NCBI GenBank assembly: GCA_951406725.2
Contig: OX597815.1
Span: 170,996,001 to 171,060,000 of the forward strand
DNA length: 64,000 bases
Reading direction: 5' to 3'
From: Octopus vulgaris
Taxonomy: Eukaryota
The first letter of the stretch is position 1. Each line of letters begins with the position of its first letter. The position numbers were made by a program, and so were the translations under genes. Under the pieces are notes generated by a model. It searched no databases and was not told the DNA's origin. It worked only from the letters and a program-made list of their open reading frames with translations. Below, in pieces: positions 54,178-64,000 of this stretch.

Positions 54178-54995
54178 CAGGAAATACCAACTAATTACCT
54201 GATGCAGAAAAGGGATAAAGATGCAGAAAAAGCCATAAAATGTGACAACTGATGCAGATGTTGTGGAGTTCACACTGAAGATATCACCCACATCATAAGC
54301 AGGTGTCCGAAAATGTCATCACAGTATTATCTACCGATGAGACATGATGTTGTAGCTATGACACTCTATAATGAAATCCGTCGGAAGGATAATCCCGAGG
54401 ACAAAGAAATAAGAACCCACAATATGATAGAAGCCATAGCCACTCATAATAAAAAGGAATACTGGTGGAATGTAGCAGTGAAGACCTCAATAAAATGTAA
54501 GCACAGCAGACCTGATATAATGATTTGGGATAGCCAAGAGAAATCTGCAGTTACTCTATCCAGATTACAAGTTCAGCTATATACCTGTAATTATTGGGGC
54601 CCTGGGATATGTAACACACTGACTAAATACTAATCTTGAGAAATTAAGCTTCTTAAAACCTGAAAGGAGAAAGCTAATTCGAAGACTACAAATCCAATCC
54701 ATCACTGGAACTGTAAAATCTGCAAGACTTTCCAGAAGTTTATCATTTAAATATATATATGAACATGTCTAGATATGCATGAGAATACGTACATAAATCA
54801 TACAAATCTGCACGCACATACATACATACATACATACATACATACATACATACATACATACATACATACATACATACATACAAACAAAAATACCCTGTTG
54901 TTGATGCTGAAATTTCAATGATGGAGCATTGGCTCTAGGTCAGAAACCTGTTCTTTCTCTATTGGCAAGAAATCTTGAATTAAACTGAATAATGA
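54178..54995 (+). mobile_element. 5'-truncated R4/Dong-type RLE LINE (CCHC knuckle + endonuclease + 3' UTR)
   Basis: QEIPTNYL...[18 protein letters not shown]...RHDVVA...YWWN....RPDIMIWD, then a deletion/frameshift, then LYPDYKFSYIPVIIGALG...QSITGTVKICKTFQKFII* (stop at 54748-54750). Confidence 0.9.
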
Positions 54996-55316
54996 AATAG
55001 ATACATGCGTGCGCACCTGTGTGTGTGTGTGTGCATTAATGTATTAATGAATGTGTATATTATGATACAGTGAATTTACAAGCAGGTAAAGTTACAAATA
55101 ATAGCTTGTAAATATTGAGCTGGAAACCCTTTGGATAGAAAAAGTGAAAAGCTGCTCGTGGGACGCAAAACCATATCATCTGTAGACATTACAAGCGTTC
55201 TAAAATTGGACTAAAGGTATCCTTCGAATATCTCTACTTTAGAAACTGAATAATTTTTTACGAGAATTGTATGTTATATATCTATATATAGAGACGTAGG
55301 AGTGGCTGTGTGAATA

Positions 55317-55475
55317 GGCGCAGGAGTGGTTGTTTGGTTAGAGGCTTGCTTCCCAACCACATGGTTCTGGTTTCAGTCCCACTGCGTGGCACCTTGGGCC
55401 TTTTACTACAACCTCGGGCCGAACAAAGCCTTGTGAGTGGATTTGGTAGATGGAAACTGAAAGAAGCCTGTCGTA

Positions 55476-55536
<61 letters not shown>

Positions 55537-55728
55537 GTTTATATATATATTTGTGCGTCTTTGCTTGTCTTCCCACTGTCGTTTGACAACCGATGTTAGT
55601 GTGTTAACGTCCCCGTAACTTATCGCTTCGGCAAAAGAGACCGGTAAGTCCTGGGGTTGTATTGTTCGAATAAAGGCGTTGCTCCAGCACGGCCGCAGTC
55701 AAGTGACTAAAACAAGAGAATAAAAGAA
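55317..55728 (+). mobile_element. SINE family A
   Basis: Full match; preceded by a duplicated head fragment at 55290-55311. Confidence 0.9.
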
Positions 55729-56921
55729 TATATATATGCCACCCCACCCCCCGCCGTTCTCTGCCTTTGGTTGGCAAATTCTCCCCTCCTCCAGGTTTCT
55801 TTCCTTTTTAGTTCCCACAATCCTGTTATTTGCTCTTACTTATTTGTTTCCAAACTTAACTTCAATGCAAAGCACTTCACCTTTCTCTTTGTTTCAGAGT
55901 TACCATGTCAAAACCTAGTCTTTCTCTCTCTTACTCTCTCTCCCCCTCTCTCTCTCTCTCTCTCTCTCTCTAAGCTTTACCTACATCAACTGCTGCACCC
56001 CTGATTACCTGTCATTTTCCTTTTAGTCGAAAATACTACTGTGTAAGGTTATTGTTTATGTTTCGTATTCTGTTTGCCTTGCCCATAACGCTTACAATTT
56101 CCGTCGTTTTTTTTTTCGTCAAATCGACAGAAGACAATATGTGCCATTGCCTTGGCACATGTGTCCTTCTCATTGTGTACTGTCCTATCCTAACAACACA
56201 TTTCATTAATAACTTTTGCTATAAATCTACTGACTCTCTGACCAAGCGATCATGTTAAAAAGCCAAAATCGTCAGGAGCTGCTTAAAGGAAAGTTATCTA
56301 TATCCTTTTCGAGTAGCTTGTTTTATATGCATATTTTCCCTCTAATTGATTGAATGTCCCACTAAACTGTATGTATGTATATTTGTATGTATAGATGGAT
56401 GGAATAGCTCTTGATTTATAAGTATGTCACAAACAGTATTCATAGTTGTTTAATCTATTAAATCCTCTAAAATATTTCATTAAGTATTTTCTAATAGATT
56501 TTCTACTGTTTTCTACGAATTAAGCCGTGTTCTAAATAGGCATCATATGTTTATAACATGCACACACTCGTAGACACACAAACATACACATATGCACACA
56601 CATACATACATTGTTATACTCTAGCACATGTGTGTTCGTATGTGCGTACTTCAAGCACACATACGTGTATCCATACGAATAATTTTACATAAATTATATA
56701 CGTGTATCCATATGTATAAATGTACATTAATTATGGCGCTTCCCATTCTTTCCGTCAGCTGCCTGACTGTCGGATCATTTGAAAAAGCTCATTGAAATTG
56801 TCACATGTGTATAATCCAGGTCAATGTATTGAAATCGATTAAAAAATAACTACGATATGCCCTATGCGGGTTTACTTGACTGAAACAATATTACCTCTTT
56901 AACATACAAACATACACACAA

Positions 56922-56999
<78 letters not shown>

Positions 57000-58955
57000 A
57001 AATATTCATCCTTACTATAAATTATTAACGATATGCAATGAAAGAACATTTAATATTTGCGCAAGTTCAATTAAGTAAGACAGTAATTTCAATGAAAATT
57101 AACACCAAATGTTGGCAGCTATGCTATAATCCATAGAACCGTACGTAATACGTCATCATGCGTGTCACATCTGACACCAGATTAATAACAATTTTCCTAA
57201 ATGAAGGCATGTTTTACCTACCTTAATATATAACATTATACATTAATATATAACTGTGAAAAGCATTTGTCTATTCAGTTGTCAAGGAAATATATACTAT
57301 TTGGTGTGAGCTCATACCTCATATTATTAAAGTGAAAGATAAAAATGTTTTTGCTTTCTTTTTTGTGAATTTCGATTTCCCAGCTCAAAATCTTACAAGA
57401 AAAATTAAGGGTTGATATTCTGAAAAGCCTCCAAGATAAGAAATATTATTTTCCATTAAAATTGTTATTTATACAAATTTGCTGTTATCCACTGAAAGCA
57501 ACTTATATAAATACTTAGTTCTACTGAATATAGATTACTATAAACACCGATATTGCTAAACACCTGTTAACAGATAGATAACTAATTTTAGCTTCTGAGC
57601 GAAAGAAATCTGAATCAACATGATACATAACAAAATACCTACAATGATGTCTTGCCTACGCGCTTTGAAAAGCAACAGTTTTCCAAATTTGTTATCTCGC
57701 AAATAACAATCAATATGACAAATTATTTTGGAGATTGTAAAATGTAACGTTCTAAAGTGTCAGAGAAACAACATGGATTATGTGCCGAGAAAACTTTGAA
57801 GGAAAACGTCTTGCAAAACAAGGAACATGAAAATCAATAAACCTTTATCATCTAATCATATAAATCAAAATGATGAACATGATGAGGGATACACAAAAAA
57901 ATTACAATCTGCTCTACGTTTCTACAGATGATATAAATTTTCCGATTATTTGAAAAAAAAAAATTGTTTTTTTTTCTTCGACAAAGAAAAGAATCTAATC
58001 GTTAAAAATAAATCGATATGGTTTCGATTTTAATTGGATGGAATGTATCGTACTTAAAAAAAGGATAATTCTTCCCGGTATTATTAAACTTAAACCATTT
58101 ACTTGTTCTTTACTAAAGTCGAACAACAGAAATGAAAAAGAAAAATATAAAGACAGAATATCTAGGCAAATAATTACTATGTATGTCATCTCTTTCTCGG
58201 TAATATATCAGTGAATAGACCGATTATTCAACTACGTAGTAGTTGAATAATATTCTTAAAACCGCAATTTACTCACACAGAGCATCTTTCAGAGCTTGTC
58301 GCTAAACCAGTTCTAACCAAATTAAAAATTGTTTTGAAGAGAACTGGTCCTTAGCAACAATTTGGCATAAAGAAATTGAAATTTGATCCAGTAGAAAAAA
58401 GTTTACATCAAAATTTGTAGCAACGTTATAGGAGAGTAAGTAACACAACCTATCAAGTTTAAATCTAAATAACTTTTTATATTTTAAAAGCAAAATATAT
58501 TTATCTTAGCTTCAATGATAGGAGAAATCATGAAGGATTTCATAGTTTTGGTCCCAAGCAACACAAATTTGTATGAAAAACATTGTGAGGTAAAATATCA
58601 CGAAGAAAAGTATAAGTAAGGTAAAAAAAAATTGGATTTAAGTATAATTAACCTTTTTTATTTTAAAAACAAACTAAATTTTAATTAAGCTAAAATGATA
58701 GAGCTTAAGTGGATGAGTTTCATGGTATCAATCTCATGCAATGAAGTTTTAAAAGAAAAAAGTTATGAGCGTTTGTTTCTCAAATTTGCGGGTAATAATA
58801 TAGTACTATACTTATTTATGAATATAGGTTTATATAAAAGAGGACTTTAATATATGTCACAGGCGTCATTGGGGTAACTAAAACATTATCAACGCCACCG
58901 TTAATTAACACATTATTAATTAGAATAATAACATAGCCTGGAAAAAACATGGATT

Positions 58956-59795
58956 GCATGGAAAAATACGAGCAAGAGAAATAATATTCTTAAGATTATA
59001 AATGTTAAAAATTACAGGACAAGTTATTACATCTAGTAAAGTACAGAACAAGAAAGTGTTTACTCAAAATACTGCAGATAAGGATAAAATCTGAATATTA
59101 AAAATTATTTGACTTTAATTTACCAAGTAACATTATAACTAAAAAAGGCTATCATCATTTTGTTAAAATATTGAAACACTACAATACTTTAAAAATGAGA
59201 ATCAGAAGTACCAATATAGCTAAAGTTTTATGCAAAGAAGAATAGCATATATAATAGGCAAATTCATTGTGTAAAAAATAGGCATTGGGTCAAGACTAAA
59301 AATGTGAAGACTTAGCAATAACTTAGGCAATAACTCAAGCAAATTTTACTGTGAATTTGTTATTATATGTAGATTTTACTGTAAGATATATACTATTTTT
59401 TGAATTCTATTTATTATATTAACTAATTATGTACTACTATTATTTTTATAACCTATTTTCAAATTTCTAATTATTAATAATCTAAAAAATGAACTGAATT
59501 TTTTTAAAGAGCAAAAAATATTTTGAGTCATTTGTTTTTAATAACAAGTAATAACAAATGGAATTAATAACTTATAATAAACTTTTTAGTTTTAAAAGCT
59601 AATATTTTCTAAATCTAAATATTTTATTTGAAATTTTATCCTTAGCTGCAATATTTTAAGTAAAAATTTTCTTGTTGTGTACTTTACAAGATGAAATAAC
59701 TTGTCCTGAACTTTTCCAAGTCTGATAATTGTTCAATACATTTCCGGGTTTATATTCTTAAGAAAATTATTTCTCTTGCTCGCATTTTTCTATGC
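58956..59795. mobile_element. Old foldback/MITE-like element with degenerate TIRs of about 200 bp
   Basis: GCATGGAAAAATACGAGCAAGAGAAATAAT..., CAGGACAAGTTATT and GTAAAGTACA are mirrored at 59580-59795. Confidence 0.7.
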
Positions 59796-59964
59796 CTAAA
59801 ACTTACACCAGCGTTCCATATATAGCTGAAAAACATTAAAAGAATATCTTAAAAATGCACTTTAATGCTTCGACTTCAGTTCTCAAACATCTGAGTGGCA
59901 ATGTATACGAAGTGCATATCTCAAGACATATATCTATTTTAGATTACGTATATACTATCCATTG

Positions 59965-60220
59965 TGGAGGCGCGTGGCTTAGTGGTTAGGGTGTCAGCAT
60001 CATGATCGCAAGATTGTGGTTTCGATTCCTGGACCGGGTGACGTGTTGTGTTCTTGTGCAAAACACTTCATTTCACGTTGCTCCAGTCCACTCAGCTAGC
60101 AAAAATGAGTAACGCAACGATGGACTGGCGTCCCGTCCAGCTGTGGAACACGTACGCCATTGAAACCGGGAAACCGGGCCCATGAGCCTGGCTAGGCTTT
60201 AAAAGGGCGCATTTATTTTA
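59965..60220 (+). mobile_element. SINE family D
   Basis: A-box TGGCTTAGTGG, B-box GTTTCGATTCC; flanked by TAT(A/G)CTATCCATTG. Confidence 0.92.
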
Positions 60221-60234
60221 TATGCTATCCATTG

Positions 60235-60576
60235 TGAAGGCGCATGGCTCAGTGGTTAGAGCGTCGAGATTACGATCGTGGGGTTGGTAGTTCGATTTAT
60301 GAACCGGGCTGTGTGTTGTGTTCTTGAGCAAGACACTTTATTTCATGTTGCTGCAGTTTACTCAGCTGTAGAAATGAGTTGCGACATCACTGGTGAGAAG
60401 CTGTATCGGACTTTGCCTTTCCCTTAAAATAACATTGGTGGTGTGGAGAGGCGAGGCTGGTATGCATGGGCTACTGCTGGTCTTCCATAAACAACCTTGC
60501 CCGGACAAGTGCCTCGGAGGGTAATTTTCTAGGTGCAATCCCATGGTCATTTATGACCGAAGGGGGTCTCCTCCTC
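60235..60576 (+). mobile_element. SINE family C (full length)
   Basis: A-box TGGCTCAGTGG; flanked by TATGCTATCCATT. Confidence 0.92.
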
Positions 60577-60773
60577 ATATGCTATCCATTACTCAGTATA
60601 ATGCGCAAGAAAATTTCTGCAAGTGAAACTGAAATATGATTAGAATATCTATTATGTTTTCACATATGTTACATTTATGATCACTATTATTATGTTATAA
60701 GACTGACTACAATTTTCCTATATAGATATACATATGGACATTATATATGCATATATACGTATATGTATATATA

Positions 60774-60809
<36 letters not shown>

Positions 60810-60956
60810 GATATATGTGTGTGTATATATGTATATATATATATATATGTATATATATTTATATATATGAATATATATGTGTGTGTGTTAATATATATAT
60901 ATATTTCAAGAATACACTTGAATAAAAAAATATGTATGTATATATATATATATATA

Positions 60957-60996
<40 letters not shown>

Positions 60997-61713
60997 CATA
61001 CATATACTTATATATACAGCGAGAGATAGATCACAACAAAAGACAAGAAAGGTTTGGCATAGTTTTGTATGAATGCATGTATAGCGTTAGCTAGAGTGGA
61101 TTATCAAACAAATTGATAATCAATCTGAGCGAAGCTTCGAATGCACAGTATCATTTATTGTGTCCTTTTTTCATTTAATATTTCTCAGAGAACACATGGT
61201 GTGTATGTGTGTGTATATGCAGGGAAAAACTTGCCAAATTTAGAACTATTTAACGTATTCAAGGAATGGCAGTAATAATACGCCCAAATTTGTTATTAAA
61301 ACATTTTCGTGTTTTCTTAACTAGAACATTTCCACATTTTCATTAGTTCTTTTCTCCTTTTATATATTTATTTATTATTTATACTTCGATTTCACTCCAA
61401 TCAATAGTGGTATGTGATTTACACTGCCGAAACTCAACCATTCTGCTCTTACCTTCTTAATATCATTATTATTTGTGGAAGATAGTAAGCTGACAGAATA
61501 GCTAGCACGCCGGACAAAATGCCCAGCGTCATGACTCTTGGCTTTACGTGCTGATTTCAAATTCCACATTCAATAACAGATGAATTTCAAAGGAAATTTA
61601 AGCGAAAATACGAAAGAAGAACTTTCAAGTTTAGATTTGGAACTCCAGGCACGATAAAGAAAAAATGGAATTTGGTATATCTTCAAATAAGTATTATAAA
61701 TGTGTGTGTGCGT

Positions 61714-61823
<110 letters not shown>

Positions 61824-62364
61824 GTAGAAATACAGAAATTTCATTGGCCATGAAACCATGTACTACAGAATGAGCGACGAGGTGGTCTTTTCACTTATTT
61901 GAAAAAGCAGAGACAGTTTCCTCTCATCACACTCGAACATCCCAAAAGTGGTTAAAAATAGAAGGACACATTGAAAAAGGTAGCACTGGTTCCTTTACAT
62001 CAAGAAGAGAGTATGTCTTTTAACAGAAATCGGATTGATCAGGGATGAGATAGAACTGAAGAACATCATTTCGATATAGATAGTACAATCTGATCTAATC
62101 TGAGAAAATATTGTTTAAATATAATTTGATCAATTAAACTAAATGGTGAAAACGTGGTGAGAAAGAATGGAGACTCGATATAATTAATTCGTACGAGAAT
62201 ATTTTTCCTTCGATAAGTATTCAATCCAATTTAAAGTTCATAAATGTTATATGAATATACGTAGAGTTATATAATTATATATCATTACTTACATGCACAC
62301 AAACACATATATATATACATATTTATGTATATCGCTCTGTAGATATATATGAATGTGTACTCAC

Positions 62365-62419
<55 letters not shown>

Positions 62420-62420
<1 letters not shown>

Positions 62421-62672
62421 TTGTAACATAGGGTAATCTTTTTTCAAAAACATGTTTTATCAATGGCCAGCATTTGAAAATAACCAATAAAGTGAAAATT
62501 ATAAACAATTATAAATAAGGGCAAAAGAAAGAAATTTTTCTAACCCAATATTCTTCGTTTCATCACGATGTGTATTTATAGTGAAAAATATTATGTGATT
62601 AAACGATCTAAAGTCTATTTTTCAGCATATTGGCATAGAAAATCTTTTTTTACTTTGCCCTTACTTATAATT
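62420..62672 (-). mobile_element. Mini inverted-head+tail insertion in (TA)n, same family as 4784-4999
   Basis: Inverted repeat 62507-62525 / 62654-62672; 87-nt tail 62420-62506; shared ATGCTGGCCA.TGATAA and ATGCCAATATGC blocks. Confidence 0.7.
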
Positions 62673-62711
62673 ATATATATGTGTGTGTGTGTGCGCGCGT
62701 GCGTGCATATA

Positions 62712-62767
<56 letters not shown>

Positions 62768-62978
62768 TATTTGTCTATCAACAAAGAAAGAACCAGCTCT
62801 CATTAAAACCACACGAACTTGTAATCGACCTTAGCAAATCGTTTCGAGACGAATAAGATGGTTAAATGATAATAAATTGACGATGTGTTCGATTGATATG
62901 AAAAATTGATTCATTCATGTCTTTGTGTACCACAATGATCTCCAGTTTTTTAAAAGATAATATTGTTGCACCTTTACA

Positions 62979-63165
62979 AGGCGGTGAGCTAGCAGAAACG
63001 TTAGCACGCAGGGCGAAACGTTTAGCGTTGTTTCGTCTGTCTTAACGTTCTGAGCTCAAAATCCGCCGAGGTCGACTTTGCCTTTCATCTTTTCGGGGTC
63101 GATTAAATTAAGTACCAGTTCTGTACTGACCCAAAATTTCGGGTCTTGTGCCTAGAGTAGTAGAG
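62979..63165 (+). mobile_element. SINE family B
   Basis: 18-bp TSD AATATTGT(T/G)GCACCTTTA at 62959 and 63166. Confidence 0.92.
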
Positions 63166-64000
63166 AATATTGTGGCACCTTTAATCATTGTGGCATCTGC
63201 TTCATAAGTCTATATAATTTGGATTTATATTTCAACGGTCTGTTTTTTTATTATTCTTATTGACCAGCAGATGGTGTCTAAGAAAAACAACTAACGATTC
63301 TCCACAGCATAACATACTTTCATAAAAATTCGGATGTAATATTTACCAATGTTTGACTTTCGTTATTTCTATCAAATTAGTAGCAAGTCAAGAAATGATA
63401 TCTCTAGAATTGAAAATTCCTCTGCATATAATTATGAAAGCTTAATTCCATTAATCTAACCCAAATATCTTTTCTCCTTAAGTCATTACTATATCACTGT
63501 CCCTCGCCTGGTGATGAATACATAAAGAACAAACGAGATATTGACGTTTTCTACACAGCATCACTTTTTATCAAACAAGCTACTGTGTGTGAGAAAAGAA
63601 AAAGAGCACTGCGATATCAAACAATGTTCTTAGTCTTTACTAACGCGGTGGCTGCAGATATAAAATAAAATGTTAAAACATTAAGAAGAGATTCTGAATT
63701 TTATTTTTTCATGAAGAGAACAATCCTGTCTAATGTTCTTTCTAAAATTGTTAGAAAACAGAATTATTAAAAGCTTAAATTGTCAGGTCAAAGTCAGGTC
63801 AAATCAGTAAGTTATTTTCAGAAAGTAAGTTTAATGGTTTTCTCTCGCCTTTCATAATGACTGAGACACTTTATTCGAGTCAAGATTTTAAGCATATTTG
63901 TGTATAATTTTTAACATAAGTGGATGATATATCTGATAATAAGTTCCAACATTAAATAATATGCGGTAACAAAGAAAGGTATCTTTCTCAAATGTGTATT

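Noticed and set aside
58277-58312. Possible 36-nt minus-strand micro-exon before GTGAGT
   Set aside because: Weak acceptor and lies in AT-rich DNA-transposon-like sequence.
59965-60310. tRNA-like sequences with A and B boxes
   Set aside because: They are SINE heads continuing into repeat bodies; no complete cloverleaf.

Overview
AT-rich, microsatellite-saturated animal genomic DNA that is intergenic or lies in a large intron. The repeat landscape suggests a coleoid cephalopod, probably Octopus; this is an inference. No intact host gene is recognisable, and nearly all long ORFs in the track are translated microsatellites. Recognisable content: (i) about 25 copies of four tRNA-headed SINE families, several nested or with clear TSDs; (ii) a 5'-truncated Penelope-like element (PLE) with a Neptune-type Zn-finger + GIY-YIG endonuclease at 29.8-30.8 kb; (iii) four relics of R4/Dong-type RLE LINEs; (iv) faint relics of pogo- and Merlin-type DNA transposases; (v) two unannotated exon candidates. 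The most notable signal is a set of non-coding PLE-type elements that sit mostly in microsatellites, carry minimal hammerhead ribozymes (9 motifs, 3 with an intact core) and share an inverted-head + fixed-length-tail geometry. One is a complete 545-bp loop-less palindrome with a 14-bp TSD, a 35-nt tail and a tRNA B-box remnant at its axis, possibly a Pol III/SINE-type RNA mobilised by a Penelope element.
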